From Felis catus (lineage: Eukaryota): a stretch of DNA of 64,000 nt. The stretch is taken from contig NC_058368.1 of NCBI RefSeq assembly GCF_018350175.1, forward strand, positions 2,108,001 to 2,172,000. Direction: 5' to 3'. Made by a program: the position numbers and the translations under genes. Numbering within the stretch: the stretch's first letter is position 1; each line of letters opens with the position of its first letter. Positions 14,130-25,664 of this stretch are shown in pieces. The notes below the pieces were generated by a model that was given only the letters and a program-made list of their open reading frames with translations, was not told the origin of the DNA and made no database searches.

Positions 14130-15490
14130 TTTAAAAAATCAACTTCTCTACGATACAATTTACATACAACAAAATGCACCTATTTAAGCGCAATTCAAAT
14201 AAGAAACATTTCCACCATTGGTTCCATAAGGAACCCAAAAAAGTTCCTTATTCCCCATCTTTTGTTGAAACCTCTCCTTACCCTCAACCCCAGGCAACCA
14301 CCGATCTGTTTTCTGTCCCTTAGAGATTAGAATGCCTTTTTAAGAAGAATTTCTTACAAATAAAATCAAATGCTGGGACCCCTGGGTGGCTCAGTCGGTT
14401 GAGCGTCGATCTCTTGATTTCCAGCTCAGGCTGTGATCTCGCTGTCACGGGATCGAGCCCCGTGTCCAGCTCCGTGCTGAGCATAGAGCCTGCTTGGGAT
14501 TCTCTCTCTCTCTGCCCCCCCCCCCCCGTGTGTGTCTCTCTCTCAAAATAAATAACTTAAAGTTTAAAAACAAAAAAAATGATATCAAATGCTATGTACT
14601 TTTCTGTTTCTGTTTTTTCATTCTGCAAAATATTTTTGAGATTCGTCCATGTTGTTGCACGTAGCTGAGTATATTCCATTGTATAAATATACCACAAGTT
14701 GTTGACCTACTCACCTGTGAATAAATATTTGGGGTCTTTCTAATTTGGGGCTGTGAACGTCTGTGCACAAGTTTTTGTGTGGACAAATGTTTTCATTTCT
14801 CTTGGGTGCGTACTGAGCAGCGGAGTTCTGACACGCAAACCTGGTAAGAGATTGCCAAACTGGTTTTCGAAGTTGTTGTACCCTTTTACACTCCCACCGG
14901 CAGTGTATTCAAATTACAGTTGCTCTACATCATTGCCATTACTCGGTATTGTCCTTTCAGTTCTAGTCATTTTAATGTGTGTGTAGTCATTTTTATTTGC
15001 TTTTTCCTGAGAATAATAATGCAGAGTGTCTTCATGTGGTTACATTTTTTTTGCACATGTTTTTTTTGCAAAATCCTTTGTTCTGTTTGAGCTGTTTATC
15101 TTGCCGAGCTCTCTTAGAAGTACTAGTATTTTGTCCATCAACTTCCTTAAATGTTCCAGGTAGATCATCGTATCATTGGCAAATAATTACAATTTGGATC
15201 CTCCGTTCTGATACGCACACATCGGTTATTTTTCTTATTGTATTGCATTAGCTAGAATTTCCAGTAAAATGTACTATAGAGAAATTATAATAAGCATATT
15301 CATCTTGTTTCTGACTATAATGAAAATTTTGCACTGTTTCACCATTAAGTATGACGCTTTTGTATGTTTCTGATAGCTATACTTTATTCAATTAATAAGA
15401 AATCTTCCTTCTGTTGATAATCTCATAAGTGTAGCAAAATGCTTTTAATGCAAGCAAGGCTGTAAATTTCTTTCTGAATACAATGCTGCA
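14130..15490 (-). mobile_element. Old L1 (L1ME-like) 3' fragments, with a (+) SINE at about 14375-14580
   Basis: ccccaggcaaccaccgatctg...gagattcgtccatgttgttgc...ttacactcccaccggcagtgtat motifs. Confidence 0.75.
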
Positions 15491-15494
15491 CATT

Positions 15495-16040
15495 TTTTTT
15501 CTTTTAAAGTTTACTGATGTACTTTGAGAGGGGGTGGGGTGGGGAAGGGCAGAGAGAGAGAGGGAGAGAGAGAATCCCAAGCAGGCTCCGTGCCATCACC
15601 ACTCAATGCCACAAACCATGAGACCATGACCTGAGCCGAAATTGAGAGTTAGTTGCTTAACCGACTGAGCCACCCAGATGTCCCTGGACATTTCTAGAGA
15701 TATATTTTTACCTAGAAAATAAATGTGATGCTTTAATAAGATCACATAACTATGGAATGTGATGTTATTAATTTGATTTAAACATAAATTAGTGTCAGTT
15801 TAGGGGCGCCTGGGTGGCTCAGTCAGTTGAGCCTCCGACTTCAACTCAGGTCACCATCTCACAGACTGTGGGTTCCAGCCCCACGTCGGGCTCTGGGCTG
15901 ATGGCTCAGAGCCTGGAGCCTGCTTCCGATTCTCTGTCTCCCTGTCTCTCTGCCCCTCCCCGTTCATGCTCTGTCTCTCTCGGTCTCAAAAATAAATAAA
16001 CGGTAAAAAAAAAAAAAAAAAAAAAAAATTAAAAAAAATA
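15495..16040. mobile_element. CAN-SINEs: (-) about 15495-15685 and (+) about 15802-16040
   Basis: SINE consensus features. Confidence 0.9.
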
Positions 16041-16229
16041 AATACACATAAAGAAGTGTCAGTTTAAGACACAACTTCTTCTGGTCACGTGTTACAAAGA
16101 GTAAACAAGCCAAAGACCCCAGATCTACCGGCTACAGACCTAGAAGGGGAGGGAATGAGGAGGATATATTTTAACTGGCTTCCCGAAGAAAGGGCCCTTG
16201 TAAGAGAAAGCGACAAAAGTAATGAGGCC

Positions 16230-16780
16230 CAAGTGTGCGAGGCCAACCGGATCTCAGATTGCACTTGGCGACAGCAATGGCTGTAACGGGCTAGTCTCAC
16301 CTGAGAGACTGCGATACCGTGAACTTCCCGACTTCTTCCAAGTGCACGGCGACACGCGGCCCGTGGCAGGCGGCTGCGGAGACGTCGTGGACCCGCCGGG
16401 GCAGCCGGGCAGCCCGTGCAGGTGGCCGGGCAAACAGGCGCACTCGCACCAGCAGCCGGACAGCCCTCGCACCGCGACCGCGTCGCTCCTCCGCCTTGTA
16501 ACCCCTCGGCGCTTCCGGAAGCTTCCGCCCCAACAGCCGAGGCTCCTCACCAGCCAATCGCCTTTACCCAACGAGACTAAGGGAGCCCTCCTCCACCCCC
16601 CACCGCCCCTTGCGGGAGAAGCATCAGGAGTCACTGCGCCATTTGCAGACAAGCTACGGAGATCCCAGGAGTGGCGCGAAGCTGGGTTCGTGCCCCTGTG
16701 AGCATCTTATGTTGTCTGTGCCGTTTTCTGAGTCTGCAAGTGATCTTTCCGAGACCCCCGGACCCTGCCGTCTTGGCAGA
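16230..16780. promoter_or_regulatory. Orphan CpG-rich island
   Basis: High CpG density; palindromic ETS site CTTCCGGAAG about 16512-16521, GC box and CCAAT nearby; minus-strand donor at 16301. Confidence 0.55.
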
Positions 16781-16804
16781 CTGACATTGTACAAGTGAGC
16801 AGAT

Positions 16805-17260
16805 CTTTTTTTTTTTTAGTTTTCAGAAAGAGAGGGAGAGAGAGACAGCGCCAGCCAGGGAGAGCGGCAGAAGGAGAGAGAGAGAAAAAAAAATTTTTTT
16901 AACTTTTTTTTAATGGTTATTTATTTTTGAGAGAGAGACAGTGTGAACCAGGGAGGGGCAGAGAGAGAGAGAGGGAGACCCAGAATCGGAAGCAGGCTCC
17001 AGGCTCCGACCATCAGCACAGAGCCCGACGCGGGCTCGAACTCAAGAACCGTGAGGTCATGACCTGAGCTGAAGTCGGACGCTTAACCGACTGAGCGCCC
17101 CCCCCCCCCCCGCCGGGCGCCCCAAGAGAGAGAAAGTCTTAAGCAGGCTCCATGCCAGCATGGAGCCCATCGCGGAGCTCGATCCCTCGACGGGGAGATC
17201 GTGACCTGAGCTGAAATCAAGAGTTGGACACAAAAGCAACTGAGCCACCCAAGCGCCCCA
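16805..17260 (-). mobile_element. Nested CAN-SINEs (one copy about 16893-17122 inside another)
   Basis: Outer copy split at its (GA)n region. Confidence 0.85.
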
Positions 17261-17409
17261 GCGGATCTTTCTATTCCACACCATGATGTCAAAGCCAATA
17301 AAAGGCCAAAACCAAGCTCCCCAGACTGTGTCTCGCAAAACTGCTCTCACACAAATACGAAAAGCAGCTCCCCCATGACCCTCATGCCAAACACACATCA
17401 CTTACACAC

Positions 17410-17640
17410 CCTCGCTAAGTGCCAGGCCCTGTGGCACATGCTTCACCGATACCAAGTGGTCCCATTCAGGCCTCTGGGCAACCTCGCAAGGCTGCTGTGA
17501 TTCCCCCTCTGTCACAGATGAGGACGAGGCTGGGAGGGGCTCACTAGCTTCCCCCAAGGTCACACACCGGCTGGTGACTGAACCAGGAGCAAATCCAGGC
17601 CGTGGGACTCGGAGTCTCTGCTCTTAATCACTACAGGATA
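17410..17640 (-). mobile_element. MIR SINE
   Basis: acagatgaggacgaggct...cccaaggtcacac...tgctcttaatcactac core. Confidence 0.75.
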
Positions 17641-17822
17641 CTTCCTTTTATCCAAAAGTAAAAGGGAAAAAATGTCACCAGGTAGGGATGTACTTAAAAC
17701 CAAACAATGCATCGTCCCTCTGGGCTGCAAAGTGAATCCTCAGCACATCCTGAGCAACTTGCATAGGCAGCACTGGATGGGGACGGGTCACCATCCGGAT
17801 ACAATCAGAACGGTTTACATAG

Positions 17823-18270
17823 AGGGGCGCCTCGGGGGCTCAGTCGGTTGAGCGTCTGACTTTGGCTCCGGTCCTGACCCCACGGTTCGTGGGGCTCTGT
17901 GCTGACGGCTCGGAGCCTGGAGCCTGCTTCGGATTCTGTGTCTTCTTCTGTCTCTGCCCCTCCCCCATGCTCGCTCTCTCTTTTCTTTTCTTTCTTTTTT
18001 TTTTTTTAACATGTATTTATTTTTGAGACAGAGAGAGACAGAGCATGAACGGGGGAGGGGCAGAGAGAGAGGGAGACACAGCATCTGAAACGGGCTCCAG
18101 GCTCCGAGCTGTCAGCAAAGAGCCTGACCAGGGGCTCGAATTCACGGACCGCGAGATCATGACCCGAGCCGAAGTCGGAGGCTCAACCGACTGAGCCCCC
18201 CAGGCGCCCCCCCCCCTCTCTTTCAAAAATAAATGAACATTAAAAAATTTTTTTAATTAAAAAAAAAAAA
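17823..18270. mobile_element. (+) CAN-SINE with a (-) CAN-SINE (about 17995-18210) inserted before its tail
   Basis: Plus body 17823-17980, tail resumes at about 18215 (ctctctttcaaaaataaat). Confidence 0.85.
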
Positions 18271-18299
18271 AGATCAGTTACATGGAATAGCAGCCAGCA

Positions 18300-19100
18300 G
18301 CCCACACTGTAGTTGGAAGCGGTTGACCCCGTTCTTCCGAAAACGCCCACTGCCCGCTGGTGTAGGGGTCGGGGATAGTGGCCACGGGCGGGTCGCGCGT
18401 GACACCAAATTCGTTGGCAGCAAGAGCCACGGTTGAGACCGCGGGGAAGCGGGGAGGCGCCGCAGCCGGAGCCCCAGGCGAGACGCAGCTGTTCGGGGCC
18501 CCCGCGCGGCGAGGGCACGTTGGATCTTGCCCTTGGACGTCGCGGGACCGGGCGCGGGAGCCCGAGCCCCCAGGCCGGGGGGGAAACGTGCGTCGGCTCC
18601 CGGGCGCGGGTCGAAGGAGCCTTGCCACCCACGAGGGGCAGCGGCCGCGGCACCACCGCCCGGAGGCCCCAGGACCCTCGGGCCCCGCTCGGGCCTCCGC
18701 CGGCACGTAAACCCTCAGCAGATTCTCCCGCGGTCCCCGATCCGATCCCGGCTGGACACCTAGAGGAGGCGAGCGGGAGCCGGGGACTGGGGGGACCGGG
18801 CCGGGGCCCCTGCAGCAGCCCCGGGGAAGGAGGCGGGCAACCTCTGTCACATGGTCTGTGGCAGCTCTTGTCCAAAACGTCGCTCCCTTCCGCCTCCCCA
18901 GTGACGGTGTGAGTCGTGGGCCTCCCAGCACACGCTTGGAAAAACTGCGTTTCAAAGAGGGCGGGTAATGGGCCCAAACTGGCAGGAGCGGGGAGTGCTG
19001 CAGCTGCCCTTGAAACCCAGGACGCTGAAGGCCACACACAGACCTTCCCGTTGTGTCCTCCTGTCCAGGTGAGTGTGGATGGAGGCGGGGCCTGCTGTCT
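18300..19100. promoter_or_regulatory. Orphan CpG island
   Basis: Very GC/CpG-rich, non-repetitive; perfect plus-strand donor CAG|GTGAGT at 19068/19069. Confidence 0.6.
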
Positions 19101-20189
19101 ACACTAGCTCAGAAACCGGGGAGTTTCCCAACCAAGGCCACCGCTTTCTTTCTTCCACTCCACGCATATGTTGAACGGCTTTTCCTTTTCACGCGACCGA
19201 CGTAACCACCAGTCTCAAATGACCTCTGTATAGGAATCGTAAGCAGGTATGTTTTTTCGAGCTTGTTCAAGTCGACGCAAATGGTGTTGGCAGAATGAAG
19301 AGTGGGAGCAAAATTTAAATGACTGCAAATGTCGTGTCGGTATCATCTGGATTGCAGAGCGAAAGTCTGGGGATTCGGCATGGGCTTTATTCAGACTAAG
19401 GGTCTGAAAAGTGCCGCACTCGGCATTGCCTGTCACTGCCGTGTCACTCAACTCAGCCCTGACCCGCTGGGACTGACCCCCACCCCGGGAAGGGGGAGGA
19501 CTCGCTCAGCTTCCTGTCTGGGAAGCGGTGCCCGGACCCGGAGCCACTCCCTGGGGGCCGAGCCCTCCCTCCGTTCTCAGCTTCGCCTTGACTCTGTGGC
19601 AGGCCACCCGGAGCCACCTGGACTGGAGTCAAGACAGCCTAATGATGCCAAACCTCTGTAATTACTACTTGTTCGTTTTACCTGCCCTTTTAAGCACGGT
19701 CCAAGAAACTAGGACATCTTTTGTAGTGGATTCAAAACTAAAGCATAACCTCTTGGAAATTCCCATTGGAGGCCGTTCTATTTATAAGGTTCTGATGACA
19801 TCATGGCCTCAGCAATGACAGGTCCTGTGCACATGAAATTTGGAACGTGGACCAAGTTTTGGGGATTTTCTACGCTGCTCCCAGTACAAGACTAACTCAA
19901 GATGTACCTGAAATAACCACCTTAGCTTTATATTTATTTTCCCATATGTTCTAAAATGTATTGGTCAGGGCCAATTTGTTGTCATTCATTCATTCATACA
20001 GTTTCAGCCAACGCTTGTTGAGTGTTAAACTCAGGTACAAGCTGGGCCTTGAGACACAAGGGAAAAAACATACACCCTACTGTCTGGAAGAAAGAAAGAA
20101 AAGAAATAACACTGGCTAAGTGCGAGTCAACTCTGTGCACTGAGTTAGAATGACAGATGTGGTAACAAATAATGGAAATAGAATTAAAA

Positions 20190-20403
20190 ATTTTTTTTAG
20201 CATTTATTCATTTTTAAGAGGCAGAGAGAGACAGAGCACGAGTGGGAGAGGGCAGAGAGAGAAGGAGACACAGAATCTGAAACAGGCTCCAGGCTCTGAG
20301 CTGTCAGCACAGAGCCCGACAAGGGACTCGAACCCATGAACCGTGAGATCATGACCTGAGCCAAAGTCAGAGGCTTAACCAACTGAGTCACCCAGGTGCC
20401 CCT
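20190..20403 (-). mobile_element. CAN-SINE
   Basis: Antisense SINE. Confidence 0.9.
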
Positions 20404-20414
20404 GAAATTGAGTT

Positions 20415-20477
20415 AATAGAATAGAATAGAATAGAATAGAATAGAATAGAATAGAATAGAATAGAGTAGAATAGAAT
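20415..20477. repeat. (AATAG)n microsatellite
   Basis: About 12 pentamer units with one variant. Confidence 0.95.
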
Positions 20478-20789
20478 TTTGGAGAGCGGTCACTCAAGAT
20501 CCTATGGGTGCATGGGAAGGGGAAACGAGGTGTCCTTCCGATGGAGGTGGCCAGCTGGCACCTGCAAATGTAGGCAACACGTTATCTTTCCTAATTCTGT
20601 TCTTCTTCCCTGTGTTCCAATACTGTTCTTTCCTCCGCCACCCAGGCATCTCTTGGGCGTAAGGGGACTGTTAGCACAGACGATAAACAATTGACCTAAC
20701 TCCCAAGTAGAGTCTCAGTTTACTCAGTTAGCCTTGTTTTGCTTATCTAAAAATTTATTTCTTGAGTGGTTAATATACTTACATGATTC

Positions 20790-21927
20790 ATGTTAGCAGG
20801 CGTTTGGTAGAAGTTGATTCCCACCCTCGGGGATGACTTTGGGGGGGTTCGGGAGGTTGGTGGAGGCAGTCGCTGCCGATGTGGTGGGAACAGCGAGAGA
20901 ACCAGGACTAGAAGTGGGGCCTGAAGGTGGATGGCGTTGCCGGGATCTTGTGACAGGACACGAATGGGTGAGGACTGCTCACGGCTGAGCAGAGAACATG
21001 GTTTCTCGAGCTGGAATCCATCCCGCTGACGATGCTGTGAAGGTTGTTGAAGTGACCACTTGGGATTTGGAATATGACACACACTTAGTAGTTAAAGAAG
21101 GGGCAGGGTTTGAAAGAACGGACTCCGAGTTTGAAAGCGGTTCTACTATGGGTGAAACGCTCTCAAACAGTGTCGCGTGCACGGGGAAGTCGTTCACGAA
21201 AGGAAGTCAGTCGATGCGGCAAACTTCACTGTTGTGTTATTTCAAGAAATTGCCGCGGCCACCCCAGCCCTCAACACCCACCACCCCGATCGGTCAGCAG
21301 CCATCAACATCGAGGCAGGACCCTCCAGCACACAAAAAATGTCGCTTGCTGAAAGCTCACATGATGATTATTAGCACTTCTTAGCGATACAGTAATTTTA
21401 GGTTAAGGTACAGGGAGCCTGGCTGGATCAGTCGGGAGAATCCGTGTCGGTTGGTCTCAGGGCCACGAGTTCAAGCCCCACGCTGGGGGTAGAGATTACT
21501 TAGATAAATAAATTTAAAACTTAAATTAAATTAGGGGCACCTGCGTGGCTCAGTTGGTTAAGTGTCTGACTTCCGCTCAGGTCATGATCTCGCAGTTTGT
21601 GGGTTCGAGCCCTGCATCAGGCTCTGTGCGGACAGCTCGGAGCCTGGAGCCTGCTTCGGACTCTGTGTCTCCCTCTCTCTCTGCCCTTCCCCTGCTTGCA
21701 CTCTGTCTTTCTCTCTCTCTGTCTCTCTCAAAAACAAATAAGCATTAAAAAAATTAAGGTACATATACTGTTTTTTTTAGACATAATGATATAGCAGTTA
21801 AGACTACAGTAAACATAACTTGTATATGCACTGAGAAACCAAAAAATAATTTGACTTGCTTTGTTGTGATATTCACTTTGTTTTAGTGGTCTGGAACTGA
21901 ACCTGTAATATCTCTGAGGTATGCCTG
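20790..21927 (+). mobile_element. Tigger1 DNA transposon 3' portion, interrupted by two SINEs (about 21413-21755)
   Basis: Transposase C-terminal remnant (QSMRQTSLLCYFKKLPRPPQPS...STSRQDPP); terminal TIR gaggtatgcctg plus TA at 21928-21929; SINE TSD TTAAGGTACA at 21403-21412 and 21754-21763. Confidence 0.9.
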
Positions 21928-23984
21928 TATATTTACTTGTTCATCACCGTTTCTTTTTTCAAAAGACTATAAACTTCACTGGGTCAGATTTTTTTTTTTC
22001 TGGTTTATTGAACAGCCTCAGCTGTACAGATCCGCAAATACAGTAAATGTTCATTAATATTTATTGAATAGATGCACTAAATTTTCATTTTATTTTTCTG
22101 TAAGAATTTTCATCTTTTTTCTTATGAATTTTTCACATAGTTCAAATATTAGCCCTTTATGAATATGCTGTAAATATTTTCTTAGAATATCTGTCTACAG
22201 TTTTATGAATTTTCTTACACTATTGATAACATATTTTGCATACTGTATTATAGACTTTTCCAACTTGTGACTATAGATGTTTTCTCATATCTTTAAAAAA
22301 TCTTTTGAAATCAGGACTACCGGGCGGTAGAAGCAGAAATCTGTTGTGTCTGGGCACGTCTTGTGACCTGGAAGAACGTGCTAGATGATTTGTATGAGAG
22401 AGAAGGTCCCTCCTGGGAAACAAGGAATTCTGGGGGTGCTGGCTGGCTCAGTCTGTAGAACACGCAACTCCCGATCGTGAGTTTGAGCCCTACGTTGGGC
22501 ATAGAGATTACTGAAGTAAATAAAACTTAAAAACGAACCAAGGAATTCTGAGGAGAGGAGCCACGTCCAAGGAGCTCGATTTACTGGTTTCCTTCCATTC
22601 TAAGACATGCTTTTGTTTTTTTCTTTTCACATTTTCCCACTCTGGACCAGGATGTATCTTATAATCGATGGCACCTTCCAATTACAGTTGGCAGTGTTTT
22701 TCCCCCTTTTAATAGCACATAGAATAACAACGTGCCTCACAACTGGTAAGTCTTAGATTTGGTGAGATTCAAAAAGACTTGGTCACCTAAGGAGAGTGCG
22801 GTTGAGACCACAGCATGGTCCACAGCATGCAGTCCCCCCCTCCCAGCTGTCTCTTCGCTAGTCTCCCTGGACTCATTTTTAATTCAATGGAGAACGGGAA
22901 CAGTTAAAAGGAAAAATGAAGGAGGTGTTCCAAGTACGAGGGGATGACCGGCACACGAGAGGGACTGGATTCCCTTATATGAGGACGTGACACTCTGGGG
23001 GTGGGGGGCCAGGCTGCACCTTGGCCTACAGGTGTTCAGGGGCATTGGTAGCACTTGGCCAAGCAGACCTGCTCTCGGGAATGTTGGAGACCTTCTCTGG
23101 AAAGACTTGGGAGATCGTAAATGGTCCCGGGTTCCACCGACATCTCGTAGTCCCCTCAGTGAGCACATCTCTCTCCCTCCCTGGGTCAGATTTGAACCTC
23201 CGGGGTGCGGGTGGGGGCGTGGGGGAGGTTGGCTATTGACTTCGGTTACAGTCGGGAGAAAATGAGGAGATGGGTTAGAGCTCAAGGAGAATCAACCTTC
23301 CCTTAAAATGTATTCACTTGAGAAGAGATTACTTAGGGCTTCAGGCACGGTGGGGTGAGTCTCCTCAGACCTACGAGGAATTCCAGCTACTTCTGCTGGC
23401 AAGAAATAATCAGCGGGGTTTGCGAGTATTCACCTCCATCCAAATGCACCCAAATGCCCTCATGACGGTGCATGGGGCACCTCCCTTTTCCTGTCAGGTC
23501 CCTCAAATTCATAGACCATTGGGCAAGGCTGTGGATGCGATGTGTGTTGTAATTCTGAAATCCACAGGTTTGACCTTTGGGCCTCTTGGGGACAGTTTAC
23601 TGGCCCTGCAGCCCGAAAATACAAGAGTTTCTTTTAGAGCCGTTACTGAAAATCTCTGGTTTTCTGACTCTGCCTTGAGTTGAAAGTGATAAGCCCCAAG
23701 CATGAAGTTGGAAGTTTTCTTTTGATAAGCATTCCACGCAGCCGCTCTGCAGGCCTTATGAGTAGCATTCCTGTCCCTGTGCCCTCGCAGTGGCCACTGG
23801 CCCTCAAAGCATCACCTTCGTCCCTGGCGCCCGCAGATACAGACTCAAGCAACTGTGCGGTCCGGGTGTTCTGCACCTGCAGGGGCCCATTTCCACTGCC
23901 GCCCGACCCATTCAGCTTAGACAATGAATCCCAGACCCCCACCTTTGCGGGTCATTTCCTGGAGCCACTTCTGACGCCAAATAG

Positions 23985-24410
23985 TTCATCAGTCAGGGTT
24001 CTATCGAAAAAACAGAAGCCATTCCAGATATTTTAAGCAGAAAGGAATTTAATTTGTAGAATCAGATACTTAAAAAAAAAACTGATGGAAGTTCTAAAAG
24101 AACAAAAGTCAAGGAAAGCAGGCATCAGTTTCCAAATTCATCATGCGAGCTGTGCGGCAGAGACTTAGGAATCTGTTGCCATTTGTTTCCTGATCGAGAA
24201 CCTCCGCCAACGGTCAGACACCTGGAAGCAGGGGGCCTCACAAGGGAGCCTGGTGGCTGTGCAGATCCTTGGCTGTTCTAGGGTCCACACATCAGCCCAC
24301 TACGTCTGTGCCTCGTTGCCTTTCAAATAATGCACGAGTGCCCGTCGTGGGCAAAATGTAAACCCTAGAACCCTGAAGGCAAGGGTTTCGGGGAAATATA
24401 GTTCTTTCCA
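23985..24410 (-). mobile_element. Old ERVL/MaLR-type LTR fragment
   Basis: atcagtcagggttct...aacagaagccattcc...aggaatttaat start and gcaagggtttcggggaaatatagtt motif. Confidence 0.5.
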
Positions 24411-25323
24411 TGGAAGGCGGCAGTGATAAACAGGGTTGAAGATTAAAAAAAAGAGGGAGAGAAAGCCTCACTATGTCTAGCACACCCCATAAAAATAACC
24501 TTTTTTGTAATCAGGAATTCACCTCTCTTAATTAGACTCTTCCTGTGGAAGGCTCCTGCCCTGGCCATGACCAGAGTTTCTCAATGACTGACCCCCAGGC
24601 CAACTGCATCGGGTCAACCCGGGAGTTCCCTGGGCCCCACCCCAAACCTACTCTCTGGAGGCGAACTTTCTGGAACACTTAAGTACATTTACTACTAACA
24701 TTAGGGGCAGTCCATGTTGCCTTCTGGGAGGCTTTTCTTTTCCTCCTAGCTATGAAGCTAGCTAAGTTTTAGAAAGCCCACAGAACTCAATGAGCATGTC
24801 CAGGTCCCAAGAGCATTCTGTTCAGCCAGAGGGGGCACTGACTTGCTCAGAGTGGCAGCTTGTGTTGTCAGAAGCAGGTGGGGACCTTCCACCCACTGGA
24901 GGCATCTGAGACTGGCCCAGCCTCCCTGTAAGCCCCAGTGCGTGTGTCCAAGTACAAAACAGGAAGCTGCCTTTGTCCTAAAGAATGACAAGTAGTCCAC
25001 TGTAGGCTTCCAGCTAATCATCCCCAATCATTACCCTCGGTAGAAATGACACATTTATAGTTACATACCTTTATACCTTAGCAGAGAATAAAATTACGCT
25101 GAGTTACAAATCAGATGGATATTAAAATTCTAAAGATGATGGGTACGAAGACAAATATACCATTATAAATGCTCGAGACTTAACTATTTTTTCTTTTTAA
25201 GGACAGGCAATTAAAAATTAAATTGGTAAAGAACAACAACAACAAAAGAACAGAGGCAAGTTATCTTGCCCACCAAAATAGTTGGAGCAAAAACGGAATC
25301 TGGTCTTAAAAATTCTTTGAACT

Positions 25324-25547
25324 GGGGCGCCTGGGTGGCGCAGTCGGTTAAGCGTCCGACTTCAGCCAGGTCACGATCTCGCGGTCCAGGAGTTCGAGCC
25401 CCGCGTCAGGCTCTGGGCTGATGGTTCAGAGCCTGGAGCCTGCTTCTGATTCTGTATCTCCCTCTCTCTCTCTGCTCCTCCCCCGTTCATGCTCTGTCTC
25501 TCTCTGTCCCAAAAATAAATAAAAAACGTTGAAAAAAATTAAAAAAA
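25324..25547 (+). mobile_element. Young felid CAN-SINE
   Basis: Near-consensus copy; TSD AAAATTCTTTGAACT at 25309-25323 and 25548-25562. Confidence 0.95.
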
Positions 25548-25664
25548 AAAATTCTTTGAACTTAGGGGCCTGGGTGGCTCAGTCAGTAAAGCGTCTGACT
25601 TCAGCTCAGGTCATGATCTCATGGCTCGTGAGTTCGAGCCCCATGTTGGGCTCTGTGCTGACGG

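Noticed and set aside
18240..19039. Long ORFs (265 and 253 aa) in the CpG island
   Set aside because: Low-complexity Pro/Gly/Arg/Ala translations open in several frames, as expected from GC-rich DNA; no recognisable domain
16230..19100. LATS2 promoter/exon 1 (expected syntenic neighbour)
   Set aside because: No resemblance to the LATS2 5' UTR or coding sequence that I can recognise; LATS2 probably lies outside the window
19215..19290. RRLEQARKNIPAY resembling the RxxLP motif upstream of DEAH helicase domains
   Set aside because: No Walker A (GETGSGKT) or DEAH motif follows in any candidate exon
24826..24840. CTCF-like CCAGAGGGGGCAC
   Set aside because: Only a partial motif match; not supportable without ChIP data
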